Source of the DNA: an uncultured archaeon
GTDB lineage: Archaea; Halobacteriota; Methanosarcinia; Methanosarcinales; Methanoperedenaceae
Length of the DNA: 64,000 bases
Assembly: GCA_902384525.1 (NCBI GenBank)
Contig: CABMCA010000002.1
Location: 312 to 64,311 of the forward strand
Direction of reading: 5' to 3'
The translations under genes and the position numbers were made by a program. Below, piece by piece: positions 30,005-40,284 of the stretch; the stretch's first letter is position 1; each line of letters begins with the position of its first letter. The notes beneath the pieces are model-generated. The model ran no database searches and was not told the origin of the DNA. It saw only the letters and a program-made list of their open reading frames with translations.

Positions 30005-31342
30005 ATGACAGAAATAGGAATTATTGCGGTCGGCGGCTATAATGAAATGGGCCGGAACATGACCGGTGTAAGAGTAGGCAGTGACATTATTGTCCTTGAT
30101 ATGGGACTACAGCTGGACAGGGTCCAGATACATGAAGATGTCGAAATAGACAAAATGCATTCAATGGATCTTATAAAAATGGGGGCAATCCCGGATGATA
30201 CCATCATGAAGGATGCAGGCGGAAGCGTAAAAGCTATAGTCTGCACACACGGTCATCTTGACCATATCGGAGCTATTCCAAAGCTCGCCCACAGGTATAA
30301 GGCACCTATAATAGCCACACCATATACCGCAGAGCTTGTTAAGCATGAAATATCAGATGAAAAGAAATTCAGGGTAAATAATGAAGTTATTCCCTTAAAG
30401 ATCGGTGGAAGATATAATCTTACACCGGATATCCAGATCGAGTTCATACGTATCCAGCACAGCATAGTGGATTCAGCTTTTGCAGCGATCCATACTCCCG
30501 AAGGAATTGTACTGTATGCAAGCGATTTCAAACTGGACAGGACACCGACTATCGGCGAAGCTCCGGATTTCGCAAGGCTAAAAAAAATTGGTAAAGATGG
30601 CGTCAGGGCTATGATAACCGAAAGCACAAATTCGGGACTATCCGGGAAAACACCATCCGAACAAATAGCAAAAGACCTTGTTCGTGATGTACTTCTGGGC
30701 ACGGAAGAAACAGAATCGGGCGTAATTATTACTACATTCTCATCACATGTTGCGCGTATCAATGCAATTATTCAGGCGGCAGAAGAGATGGACAGGATCC
30801 CTGTATTGCTGGGGAGGTCAATGGAACGCTATCTTTCAATAGCCCAGAAGATGGATTATATAAAATTCCCTAAAAATCTTGAAATATACGGTAACAGGAA
30901 CTCAGTTGATAAGTTCCTGAAACGCATATCACAGGAAGGAAAGAAAAAATATCTACCTATAGTTACCGGTCATCAGGGAGAGCCCGATGCCATCCTGACA
31001 AGGATTGCAAATGGAGAAACACAATTCAGGATCGAGCCAGGAGATAAAGTCATATTCTCTGCAAATACCATTCCCAGCCCTATGACTATGGCGAACAGGC
31101 ATGCACTTGAAATAAAACTGAAAATGGCGGGAGCTCGCATTTATGAAAATGTCCACGTATCCGGTCATGCTTCTAGGGAAGATCACTGGGAACTACTGCG
31201 TATGCTGAATCCGGAACAGGTCATCCCATCACATGGGAATATGGTAATGCATTCCCATTATGTTGAACTGGCTGAGGATGCTGGATACCACTTCGGCGAT
31301 ACGGTCCATATCATGAGAAATGGAGAGGAACTGTTATTATGA
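30005..31342 (+). CDS. rnj: Ribonuclease J (beta-CASP)
   Basis: GGYNEMGRNM, THGHLDHIG, SDFK, HVSGH. Confidence 0.92.
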   Translation: MTEIGIIAVGGYNEMGRNMTGVRVGSDIIVLDMGLQLDRVQIHEDVEIDKMHSMDLIKMGAIPDDTIMKDAGGSVKAIVCTHGHLDHIGAIPKLAHRYKAPIIATPYTAELVKHEISDEKKFRVNNEVIPLKIGGRYNLTPDIQIEFIRIQHSIVDSAFAAIHTPEGIVLYASDFKLDRTPTIGEAPDFARLKKIGKDGVRAMITESTNSGLSGKTPSEQIAKDLVRDVLLGTEETESGVIITTFSSHVARINAIIQAAEEMDRIPVLLGRSMERYLSIAQKMDYIKFPKNLEIYGNRNSVDKFLKRISQEGKKKYLPIVTGHQGEPDAILTRIANGETQFRIEPGDKVIFSANTIPSPMTMANRHALEIKLKMAGARIYENVHVSGHASREDHWELLRMLNPEQVIPSHGNMVMHSHYVELAEDAGYHFGDTVHIMRNGEELLL

Positions 31343-31357
31343 AAATCTTTATGATAT

Positions 31358-32347
31358 ATGCTAAAAAACGGAGATAAAAAATATATGATCGAAGAGATCC
31401 TCCAGAAAAAAGCTAAATTGGTTGATGAATCTATTCCGAAATTCCTTCCAATTACTCCGCCGGATGAACTGTATAAAGCCATGCGCCATCTTCTTGATGC
31501 CGGAGGAAAAAGACTTCGGCCATCTGCGTTGTTGCTGGCATCTGAAGCGGTGGGCGGAAAGCCCGATGATGTTCTTCCTGCTGCAGTCGCTGTTGAACTT
31601 GTCCATAATTTTACCCTGATACACGATGATATCATGGATGAAGCGGATTTGAGGAGAGGACTTACAACTGTTCATAAGAAATGGGGTGTTCCAAGAGCGA
31701 TCATTGCCGGGGATGCTCTTTATTCAAAGGCTTTTGAGATACTTTCATGTACAAAAAGCGAGCCACAAAGACTTGTTGAAAGTCTTGAACTCCTGTCAAA
31801 GACATGCACCGATATATGCGAAGGCCAGTGGATGGATATGAATTTCCAGACACGTAAGGATGTAACTGAAGAAGAGTATATGCGAATGGTCGAGAAAAAA
31901 ACGGCTGTACTTTTTGCAACAGCACTAAAATTAGGAGCAGTGTTATCCGGTGCAAACCGTGAGCATGTCAGGGCTTTATGGGATTTTGGCAGGCTGACAG
32001 GTGTTGGATTCCAGATATATGATGATGTGATAGATTTGATCACTCCTGAGGAAATACTTGGAAAAGCGCAGGGTGGGGATATAATCGAAGGAAAACGTAC
32101 TCTTATTATTATCCATGCACTTTCAAAAGGAATAAGTATTGATGCTCTTGGGAAATGCAACGCAACCAGAAGCGAGATTTCCTCAGCGCTCACGACTCTT
32201 AAGGAATCAGGTTCCATCGATTACGCTATGAACAAGGCGCTTAGTTTTGTAGATGAAGGTAAAGCCGCACTTGTTGTGCTCCCTGAATCAGAAGCAAAGA
32301 GGATACTTATTGGACTTGGTGATTATATGATAGAGCGGAAGTATTAG
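31358..32347 (+). CDS. idsA: Geranylgeranyl diphosphate synthase
   Basis: GGKRLRP, HDDIMD..RRG (FARM), FQIYDD (SARM). Confidence 0.9.
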   Translation: MLKNGDKKYMIEEILQKKAKLVDESIPKFLPITPPDELYKAMRHLLDAGGKRLRPSALLLASEAVGGKPDDVLPAAVAVELVHNFTLIHDDIMDEADLRRGLTTVHKKWGVPRAIIAGDALYSKAFEILSCTKSEPQRLVESLELLSKTCTDICEGQWMDMNFQTRKDVTEEEYMRMVEKKTAVLFATALKLGAVLSGANREHVRALWDFGRLTGVGFQIYDDVIDLITPEEILGKAQGGDIIEGKRTLIIIHALSKGISIDALGKCNATRSEISSALTTLKESGSIDYAMNKALSFVDEGKAALVVLPESEAKRILIGLGDYMIERKY

Positions 32348-32443
32348 ACCACTTTTTTTCAATTAAAAAATAATAATAAAAAATTAAAAAAATATTAATA
32401 TTAGCGCCTGGATAATAAATATCCAGATCGCTATATCTAAAGA

Positions 32444-32875
32444 TTATTTTCTGCTCTTTGGTCTTTCCTTTTCCTTCTTTGCTTCTTCGCCTTCTTTCTT
32501 AACGAAGATTTCGTTCAAAGGTTTTTGTCCATATTCCAGGATGACAGTGTTGATCTGTGAAATATCTGATGAAATCTCTTGTCCCCTCATGGATTTTCGC
32601 TTCTTTACCCCATCTGCCTTTGGAATATAACCAACGCCGCCTGCCACTAATATCTTTCGTCTTGCAGGTCCTGGTAAATCCCCTCTCATAGCGAACCCAT
32701 CCTTATCGGTTCCGCCAGTTACCTTAAGTGTGTATCCTGCCATATTTGCAACATCGCCGCTTACAACGTCCCCGATTTTTTTTCCGATCATTTTGTTGGC
32801 TGCCGGGCCTGTTACAGCTACCTGGTAAGCCAGTTTACTTTTACTGTCCGAAATGGTTACTCTGAAATCTGCCAT
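32444..32875 (-). CDS. rps6e: 30S ribosomal protein S6e
   Basis: GYTLKVTGGTDKDGFAMR, RKKSMRG. Confidence 0.93.
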   Translation of the reverse strand: MADFRVTISDSKSKLAYQVAVTGPAANKMIGKKIGDVVSGDVANMAGYTLKVTGGTDKDGFAMRGDLPGPARRKILVAGGVGYIPKADGVKKRKSMRGQEISSDISQINTVILEYGQKPLNEIFVKKEGEEAKKEKERPKSRK

Positions 32876-33045
32876 TATTTTTATTCTCCTATATATATAT
32901 ATAATAATCTATCCCTTTAATAGGAATATTATAATTCTTGACCTAACTTGCAGTTAATCTACTTAAATATATTGATTACACACTTCATCAATTCCTGTAA
33001 TTACAGCCGTGAATCCTGGAAAATTTCAGCGAATATTTATGGACA

Positions 33046-35637
33046 TTACACTTTCCTGAATATAAGCTCATCGCCTTTTGCATCCACTTCTATCGAATCT
33101 CCCTCGCCGAATTCCTTATCAAGTATCTTCATTGCCAGGGGGTCAAGTATCTTGTGCTGGATTGTCCTCTTTAAGGGTCTTGCGCCGTATGATGGGTCAT
33201 AACCTGTTCTTGCAATGAGGTCTCTTGCTGATTCAGTAAGATTTATTTCTATTTTCCTTTCAGTAAGGCGCTTTTTCAGGATATTGAACTGGATATCCAC
33301 TATTTTCATGATCTCCGGAAGCCGAAGCGGATGGAAGATAATGATCTCATCAAGTCGGTTCAGGAATTCAGGCTTGAATGTGCTTCGAACAACTTCCATC
33401 ACTTTTCTCCTCATTTCATCTTCCTTGTCAAACAGTTCAAAAATCCACTGGCTCCCGATATTGGAAGTCATTATTATGACCGTATTCTTGAAATCTACAG
33501 TGCTGCCGTGACCGTCTGTGAGCCTCCCGTCATCGAGTATCTGGAGCAAGACATTAAAAACATCAGGATGCGCCTTTTCTATCTCATCTAATAAAACGAC
33601 TGCATATGGCCGCCGCCTGATGGCTTCTGTGAGTTGTCCCCCTTCTTCATAACCCACATATCCAGGCGGCGCGCCGATAAGTCTTGCTACCGTGTGCTTT
33701 TCCATATATTCGCTCATGTCAAGCCTGATCATTGCAGCCTCATCGTCGAACATGAACTCGGCAAGCGCCCTTCCCAGTTCTGTCTTTCCCACGCCCGTTG
33801 GACCAAGGAACATAAACGATCCAATTGGACGCTTCGGATCTGAAATTCCGGCACGGCCGCGTCTCACGGCATTGGCAACCGCAACAATTGCTTCCTCCTG
33901 CCCGATAACGCGAACTCTGATGCGCTCTTCCATGCGAACGAGTTTTTGCATCTCACCTTCGAGCATTTTGCTGACAGGAATGTGCGTCCATTTCGATACT
34001 ACTTCTGCGATATCTTCTTCATCAACCTCTTCTTTGAGCATTTTCTGGTCTTTCTGGAGTTTGACAAGTTTTTTATTTTCTTCATCCAGCTGCTTCTGAA
34101 GTCCTATTAGAACCCCGTAACGAAGTTCTGAGGCACGTTCAAGATTCCCTTCAACCTCAGCCTTCTCAGAGTCCATGCGGGTTTTTTCGATATCTCCCTT
34201 GATCTTTCGTATCTTCTGGATTGCATTTTTTTCAAGCTGCCAGTGGGTTTTCATCTGACTGCTTTTTTCTTTCAGGTCTGAAAGTTCCTTATCAATTTTC
34301 ACAAGGCGATCCTTTGAATATTCATCTTTTTCTTTTTTGACCGCCTGTTTCTCAATCTCAAGCTGCCGTTTCTTTCTCTCAATGTCATCAAGCTCAGAAG
34401 GCATGCTGTCTATCTCTATCCTGAGTTTTGAGGCAGCTTCATCGATAAGGTCAATAGCTTTGTCCGGAAGGAACCTGTCTGTTATGTACCTGTTTGATAG
34501 AATAGCAGCTGCCACAAGCGCAGCATCCTGTATCCTCACGCCATGATGCACTTCGTATTTTTCTTTCAGGCCGCGCAATATGGAAATAGTTTCATCAACT
34601 GTGGGTTCATCCACAAGCACAGGCTGGAAACGGCGTTCAAGCGCAGCATCCTTTTCGATGTGTTTCCGATATTCATCAAGCGTTGTGGCGCCGATTACAT
34701 GCAGTTCTCCGCGGGCTAGAGCAGGTTTGAGCAGATTCGATGCATCCATTGCCCCTTCAGCTGCCCATGCGCCCACGAGGGTATGTAGTTCGTCTATGAA
34801 AAGTATGACCTCTCCTTGTGAATCCTGCACTTCTTTTATCACAGCCTTCAGCCGTTCTTCGAATTCGCCCCTGAACTTAGCGCCTGCCACAAGCGCGCCC
34901 ATATCAAGCGCCACTACTTTCTTGTCCTTAATATTCTCAGGAACATCACCCGCGAATATTCGAAGCGCCAGACCTTCCGCAATGGCTGTTTTTCCCACAC
35001 CTGGCTCCCCGATGAGAACAGGATTGTTCTTTGTGCGCCGCGAGAGCACCTGTAGCACACGCCGGATCTCGTTGTCACGGCCTATCACAGGGTCAAGCTT
35101 CCCGAGCTGGGCAAGTTCTGTCAGGTCGCGGCCATATTTTTTGAGCGCCTCGTATTTTGCTTCAGGGTTCTGGTCTGTAACGGTTGATGATCCGCGTACT
35201 TCCTTCAGGGATTTCATGAGAGCATTCTTTGACACTCCGTTCTCTTTCAAAATGCGCGCAGAGATGCCATTTTTTTCATCAGCGATAGCAAGCAGGAGGT
35301 GTTCTGTGCTCAGGTATTCATCACGAAGGTTCTTCATTTCGGAAAACGCGGCCTCTGCGACATTGTTCAATCGTGTGGACATGTAAACCTGGCCTGCTCC
35401 TGCTCCTTCCACGCGCGGGAGCTTGCTGATCTCGTCTTCGAGCCGTGAGATTATTCCGGTAGTATTCGCGACTAGTTTTTGAAGGAGCTGAAGTGTCAGC
35501 CCTTCTTTCTGGTTGATGAGTGCAAGCAAAAGATGATCGACTTCAAGCTGCTGCTGGTTCCTGTCAAGTGCTATGGTCTGTGCGTCCTGGAATGCTTCCT
35601 GGGCTTTAATTGTAAATCTGTCAAATCTGATGGGCAT
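33046..35637 (-). CDS. clpB: ATP-dependent disaggregase ClpB
   Basis: Two AAA+ domains (GEPGVGKT; GPTGVGKT), middle coiled coil, GYVGYEEGG pore loop. Confidence 0.96.
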   Translation of the reverse strand: MPIRFDRFTIKAQEAFQDAQTIALDRNQQQLEVDHLLLALINQKEGLTLQLLQKLVANTTGIISRLEDEISKLPRVEGAGAGQVYMSTRLNNVAEAAFSEMKNLRDEYLSTEHLLLAIADEKNGISARILKENGVSKNALMKSLKEVRGSSTVTDQNPEAKYEALKKYGRDLTELAQLGKLDPVIGRDNEIRRVLQVLSRRTKNNPVLIGEPGVGKTAIAEGLALRIFAGDVPENIKDKKVVALDMGALVAGAKFRGEFEERLKAVIKEVQDSQGEVILFIDELHTLVGAWAAEGAMDASNLLKPALARGELHVIGATTLDEYRKHIEKDAALERRFQPVLVDEPTVDETISILRGLKEKYEVHHGVRIQDAALVAAAILSNRYITDRFLPDKAIDLIDEAASKLRIEIDSMPSELDDIERKKRQLEIEKQAVKKEKDEYSKDRLVKIDKELSDLKEKSSQMKTHWQLEKNAIQKIRKIKGDIEKTRMDSEKAEVEGNLERASELRYGVLIGLQKQLDEENKKLVKLQKDQKMLKEEVDEEDIAEVVSKWTHIPVSKMLEGEMQKLVRMEERIRVRVIGQEEAIVAVANAVRRGRAGISDPKRPIGSFMFLGPTGVGKTELGRALAEFMFDDEAAMIRLDMSEYMEKHTVARLIGAPPGYVGYEEGGQLTEAIRRRPYAVVLLDEIEKAHPDVFNVLLQILDDGRLTDGHGSTVDFKNTVIIMTSNIGSQWIFELFDKEDEMRRKVMEVVRSTFKPEFLNRLDEIIIFHPLRLPEIMKIVDIQFNILKKRLTERKIEINLTESARDLIARTGYDPSYGARPLKRTIQHKILDPLAMKILDKEFGEGDSIEVDAKGDELIFRKV

Positions 35638-35899
35638 AAGTAGTTTCTCCCTAGGAGTTTATTGGTGCGGAAAGGATTAAAATGTTGGCTTGACGTCTTT
35701 TGAATGCTGTTGCTCCTGAAGTTCCTGAGCTATTACCCAGATGGATTCCAGCCTTTGATAAAAAGTGATATTTATGTGGAAGCGGTTTTAGTATGATTTT
35801 TGAACATCTGATAATGTCGATGCATATCAGTCAAAATAGCACAAATAAGTATTCTTTCTGGCGCGCTGATATTGATTCTTATGTTTAATCCGGCAAAGT

Positions 35900-36060
35900 A
35901 ACCGCAGATGAACGCAAATAAACGCAGATATGCATCGTGATTTTCGGGCGCGCCGGAATTTTATTGTTTTGATTTAATAATTAGGGTTATGAACCATTTT
36001 TAAATTAAATTTCAATAAGCATAGCAATTAATCTGCGTTCATCTGTGTTTATCAGCGGTT
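35900..36060. repeat. MITE-like element with 30-bp imperfect terminal inverted repeats made of 10-bp subunits
   Basis: AACCGCAGATGAACGCAAATAAACGCAGAT (35900-35929) versus ATCTGCGTTCATCTGTGTTTATCAGCGGTT (36031-36060); 25/30 match. Confidence 0.7.
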
Positions 36061-36297
36061 TGTTATTCAATTATCCCATGCTCTTCTATCGTTATTCGGT
36101 TTTCCGCATCCTCCAGCCCAAATCATCCCTGCGCTCCTCCCTGTCGCTGACTAAGCGCCCGGATTTGGAGCGAGGCCCCAATTGCCTGAAAATACATCCA
36201 TTTACTCAGGTTACTATTTTATATCTCATCAGCCAAATACAATATTATAATTCAGGAGCCTAATCCCTGCTAAATTTCCTCCAAGCCTTTCGACTAC

Positions 36298-36363
36298 ATA
36301 CCGTAACGGGATATATACATAAATTGCGTAACGCGAAACAGATCAAAAAATTGCGTAACGTAT
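36298..36363. repeat. Triple CGTAACG box array
   Basis: Cores at 36302, 36327 and 36354; two have the AATTGCGTAACG context. Confidence 0.8.
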
Positions 36364-36421
36364 TCTCTTATTTGCGGTTTTTTTCAAAATGTTTATCCGT
36401 TCCCGCTGTAATTTTGCGCCT

Positions 36422-36928
36422 ATGTTATCCCATGACGAATTGATCTCCCTCATCAATGAAAAGCCCCCCCTAGTCGAAAAAATGATCGACCCGGATATCC
36501 AGGTACAGCCCAACGGTGTCGAACTAACCCTTCAGCGCGTAGAATTTCATGACGGTCCGGGTTCTATCGCTTTTGACAACTCGCAAAGGGAACTCCCCCA
36601 GACAAAAAATCTTGATTTCGATAAGGACGGGTGGCTGCATTTACCGCAGGGAAGCTATAAAATTGTATTCAACGAGATCGTGAATATCCCTAAAAACCTC
36701 GCAGCTATCGCAAAACCGCGCTCAAGCTTACTCCGCTGTGGCGTGACCGTGGAAACTGCTGTATGGGATGCGGGTTACAGCGGAAGATCCGAGAGCCTTC
36801 TTGTTGTATATAATGAGAAAGGATTCAGGGTAAAAAAAGATGCTCGTGTTCTGCAGCTTTTGTTTTTCAGGCTTGGGGAAGAAGTCGGAAAAGGATATTC
36901 CGGCGTTTACCAGAATGAGAATGTCTGA
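36422..36928 (+). CDS. dut: Archaeal dUTPase (dCTP deaminase/dUTPase superfamily)
   Basis: QPNGVELTL, PRSSLLRCG, WDAGYSGRS, YSGVYQ. Confidence 0.85.
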   Translation: MLSHDELISLINEKPPLVEKMIDPDIQVQPNGVELTLQRVEFHDGPGSIAFDNSQRELPQTKNLDFDKDGWLHLPQGSYKIVFNEIVNIPKNLAAIAKPRSSLLRCGVTVETAVWDAGYSGRSESLLVVYNEKGFRVKKDARVLQLLFFRLGEEVGKGYSGVYQNENV

Positions 36929-36980
36929 AAAAAAGCTTTAATTTATATTTATGAAAGTCATATGGGCAGTGGCGAAATCT

Positions 36981-37118
36981 ATGAATATACTTGATGTTAC
37001 GGAAGATAAAATCTTCAAAACTTTGGGCAAAGGCAAAGCTCCTGAATCTAAACCAAAACAAAAAACCAGTCTGAAAAAAGAAGTTGAACCTTTCGATTTC
37101 AGCAGTCTTTTAGAATGA
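36981..37118 (+). CDS. Possible 45-aa hypothetical protein
   Basis: MNILDVTEDKIFKTLGKGKAPESKPKQKTSLKKEVEPFDFSSLLE fills the gap; an alternative in-frame ATG at 36951. Confidence 0.35.
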   Translation: MNILDVTEDKIFKTLGKGKAPESKPKQKTSLKKEVEPFDFSSLLE

Positions 37119-37144
37119 ACATTGGGCTATGATCGAGATATGCT

Positions 37145-37729
37145 TCAATGCATTGTCGATCTTTTTGCCATATCTAAATAGTACTTCATTTTACAACTCT
37201 GTTCCACCAGTGCAGTAACAAAATAAGCTTCCTCCAGCGTTTTTCCAGCAGAAAATGTCCCGTGGCCAAAAACAATAACGCCTTTATGGCTACGAAGCGC
37301 CTGCGAGGTTTTATCTGCAAGTCCTGGCGATCCTGTAGCGCCTTTCACTACTGGTATTTCCTGAAGGAAATATTCACCTTCAATGTTTATCGGAACAATG
37401 GTTTCATTTTCAACAAGCATTGACTCAATAACTGCAAATATCGGGTGTGCATGGATGACCGAAAGCGCCGGAGTATTTTTGTATACAGTCCTGTGGACTA
37501 TGGTTTCTGATGAAGCAATGGTATCAAGATTTGAGGGTTTATCAATATCCAATTCCACAACACTGTTCTTGTTTATCTCATCAAGATGAACTCCGGTTCT
37601 GGTGATAAGCATCTTATCGCCATTACGGATACTGATATTTCCGAATTGCGATTCCACAAGCCCGCTGTCGATGAGTTTTTTCCCGAATTTTGTAAACTCC
37701 CTTATTTCCTGGTATTTCGAAAGAGCCAT
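37145..37729 (-). CDS. Class II aldolase/adducin-family protein
   Basis: FGNISIR, SSETIVH, IHAHP, VFGHGTF. Confidence 0.88.
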   Translation of the reverse strand: MALSKYQEIREFTKFGKKLIDSGLVESQFGNISIRNGDKMLITRTGVHLDEINKNSVVELDIDKPSNLDTIASSETIVHRTVYKNTPALSVIHAHPIFAVIESMLVENETIVPINIEGEYFLQEIPVVKGATGSPGLADKTSQALRSHKGVIVFGHGTFSAGKTLEEAYFVTALVEQSCKMKYYLDMAKRSTMH

Positions 37730-37733
37730 GTTC

Positions 37734-38369
37734 TCATCCAAAAGTAAAAGCACTTTTGCATAGTTTATTCAATATGCATTCCCCGCACAGCGGTTTCCTG
37801 GCCGTGCATATTTTTCGCCCATGGTGTATCAGAAGAAGTGTTAAAATAGCCCAATCATTCTCAGGGATGATCTTCATCAGGTCTTTTTCAATTTTTTCCG
37901 GACTCGTGTTTGCAGTAAATCCCAGCCTGAAGGCAATCCTTTGCACATGTGTATCAACAGCTATCCCTTCAATTTTCCCGAACCCACCTGATAATACAAT
38001 ATTTGCAGTCTTTCGTCCCACACCAGGGAGCGTAAGGAGAGCTTCCATGGTATCAGGGACTTTTGAATTAAAATCATTAACAAGAATTTTAGATAATTCC
38101 TTTATATTTTTTGCCTTGTTCCTGTAGAATCCCGTAGAATAAATGTCCTTTTCAAGTTCTTCCTGGGAGGTTTTGATATAATCCTGTGGTGTCCTGTACT
38201 TCTTAAAGAGTATTTTTGTGACCCCATTTACCTGCTTATCCGTGCATTGTGCGGATAGAATTGTAGCGATCAATAATTCCAGGGGGTCTGAATAATGAAG
38301 TGCGATCTTTACTCCAGGATATTCTTTTTTCAATAAGGCGATTATTTCATTAGCCGTATCATCCGCCAT
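37734..38369 (-). CDS. nth: Endonuclease III
   Basis: LSAQCTD, LPGVGRKTAN, IAVDTH, CTARKPLCGECILNKLC Fe-S motif. Confidence 0.95.
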   Translation of the reverse strand: MADDTANEIIALLKKEYPGVKIALHYSDPLELLIATILSAQCTDKQVNGVTKILFKKYRTPQDYIKTSQEELEKDIYSTGFYRNKAKNIKELSKILVNDFNSKVPDTMEALLTLPGVGRKTANIVLSGGFGKIEGIAVDTHVQRIAFRLGFTANTSPEKIEKDLMKIIPENDWAILTLLLIHHGRKICTARKPLCGECILNKLCKSAFTFG

Positions 38370-38474
38370 ATTCTCTAATATTTGCTGCAACATAGTTAAG
38401 AGTTTTGACAGACCGATATGTATAAATGCTAGCATTGCTTAATTATTAATCATAAGGAATGGAGGTAAAATTTT

Positions 38475-38729
38475 ATGGCCAAAGAAAGTGCATCAAAACC
38501 TACCACATCGTCTGCGTCTTCGTGGTGGAGTGAAAGAGGTAAAATAACATCAAGGAAATCCGGAACAGCAGCTGCAAAACCAAAAAAGAAAGTGAGGACA
38601 AAGAAAGCCGCCAAAGCAGAATCAGGGCAAACATATTATTGTGAGATTTGCGGATGTGAAATGGTCTGCGCTTCAGATAGCGCAGGTGAAATTATCTGCT
38701 GCGAAGAACCGATGTGTCTTGTCATCTGA
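38475..38729 (+). CDS. Lys/Ala-rich N-terminus fused to a desulforedoxin-like domain
   Basis: AKPKKKVRTKKAAK followed by YYCEICG...GEIICCEEPM; GGAGG RBS. Confidence 0.7.
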   Translation: MAKESASKPTTSSASSWWSERGKITSRKSGTAAAKPKKKVRTKKAAKAESGQTYYCEICGCEMVCASDSAGEIICCEEPMCLVI

Positions 38730-38754
38730 TTTTACATTTTTTTCTTTTTGATTT

Positions 38755-39855
38755 TCATTTCAAGGATTGACGGGACGGGAACTTCAAACCCGATAATTCC
38801 GCACGCTTGACTCCTTTTTTCTGTATCATGACTTTGAATGTCTCGCCCATATCCATTATCAGCGATTTTATGGGAAGCATTTTCTTATAATAATCCATTG
38901 GACTTTTTTCCTGCAAATCTTTCAGGTATTCGTCGATCCCAAGCCCCATTAGAAAATGCGCCTGGTCTGTGAAACCGCTCAATTCAAGCCCGGATTTTTG
39001 TCCCCAGTGATCCAATGCCGAGAAATTGACATGAGATGTCATATCCTGTTCCCCGATATGCTCAAACGGCGACTCATTCACCGAATGGTTATAATAGCAC
39101 ATGAGAGTGCCGCAGTTCCTGTATTCCTGGTAAAGCTCACTGGATGGATAACCGTAATCTATCGTTATGACAAAACCTTTTTCTAAGGCTGAACTGATCT
39201 CCCGGACCCATTTTATGGCATCAAGGTTTATCTCGGTGCGATATCCAGAAGGCAATGTTATATTCAGTTCTTTGAAATAATCCTTTAGTTGAGTAGAAGC
39301 AGGTTTTAATACCTCAATGAAATTTTTTTCATACCCCACAAAGACCTCCATGAGTTCATTTTCCATTACTACCGCATGCACGGGAAATGCATCCGGAAGT
39401 TCATTGGAATAAATACAACCCTCCATTCCCTTAAGATCGTTTATCGAATCGAGCCAATTTACATTTTCATTACTCAATCGTTTTTTTTGTTCTTTTCGCA
39501 AAGAAGGGCTTTTTTCCACGATGCAGTAATTTAATTTCCGGATAAATTCATGATTTCTTTTTAGATATGATAAGACATCTCCTGAAAGAATACCCATGCC
39601 AGCGCCCATTTCCACAACAGTGAACTCTTTTTCTCCAAGTATATGCCACATATCTTCGATTTGTCTTCCCAGCAGTTCACCAAATGCGGGGGTGAGATTT
39701 GAACTTGTATAATAATCTCCTGCTCGTCCTATTTTCTCTTTATCTGATGTGTAAAACCCAAGCCCGGGGTAATACAATGCCATTTCCATGAAATCATGAA
39801 AAGAAATCAGTCCTTGCTGTCTGATCTTCCGGATTATAAGCCTGGGTAATGTCAT
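38755..39855 (-). CDS. MidA/NDUFAF7-family SAM-dependent methyltransferase
   Basis: FHDFMEMALYYP, GDYYTS, VEMGAGMG, SNELPDAFP, IDYG, QDMTSHVNF. Confidence 0.9.
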   Translation of the reverse strand: MTLPRLIIRKIRQQGLISFHDFMEMALYYPGLGFYTSDKEKIGRAGDYYTSSNLTPAFGELLGRQIEDMWHILGEKEFTVVEMGAGMGILSGDVLSYLKRNHEFIRKLNYCIVEKSPSLRKEQKKRLSNENVNWLDSINDLKGMEGCIYSNELPDAFPVHAVVMENELMEVFVGYEKNFIEVLKPASTQLKDYFKELNITLPSGYRTEINLDAIKWVREISSALEKGFVITIDYGYPSSELYQEYRNCGTLMCYYNHSVNESPFEHIGEQDMTSHVNFSALDHWGQKSGLELSGFTDQAHFLMGLGIDEYLKDLQEKSPMDYYKKMLPIKSLIMDMGETFKVMIQKKGVKRAELSGLKFPSRQSLK

Positions 39856-39885
39856 AGCGATTAAAAGCAATTAAAAATGAATGGC

Positions 39886-40266
39886 TCAGTATTTGTATGA
39901 ATCAACCTCTTCCAATGCTTTTGTCTCTTTTTTCAGAGGCTGGTCTTTGACATCCACATCATGAAAATCTGTTTTCTGTATTTCTTTAACCGTTCCAATA
40001 TTCGCGGCAATTTTTCGAAGTGATTCCATACTTTCTTTCGTCTGCGGCTTAGGCTGTGGTTTTGCTTTTCTTTTTTTCAATTTATAACCCAGCGGCTTTA
40101 ATTCCGATTTTAAAAGTCCAAGCTCGACTTTTCGTTTATTTATCAGGTCAAGGATCGGCTTTTTTGCATTTTCAGGCAATTTCTCAAGCATCCGCTCAAG
40201 ATTTTCAAGTGACTTATCTTTTTCAGGCTTCTTTTCCAATTCTTTATTTGTGGTATCATTATCCAT
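39886..40266 (-). CDS. Hypothetical charged protein
   Basis: 126-aa ORF between purD and the methyltransferase, co-oriented. Confidence 0.6.
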   Translation of the reverse strand: MDNDTTNKELEKKPEKDKSLENLERMLEKLPENAKKPILDLINKRKVELGLLKSELKPLGYKLKKRKAKPQPKPQTKESMESLRKIAANIGTVKEIQKTDFHDVDVKDQPLKKETKALEEVDSYKY

Positions 40267-40284
40267 AATAATATTCTATATGTT

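Noticed and set aside
35640-35880. CIRCE or other heat-shock operator upstream of clpB, grpE or the thermosome gene
   Set aside because: No TTAGCACTC-N9-GAGTGCTAA or shared palindrome was seen.
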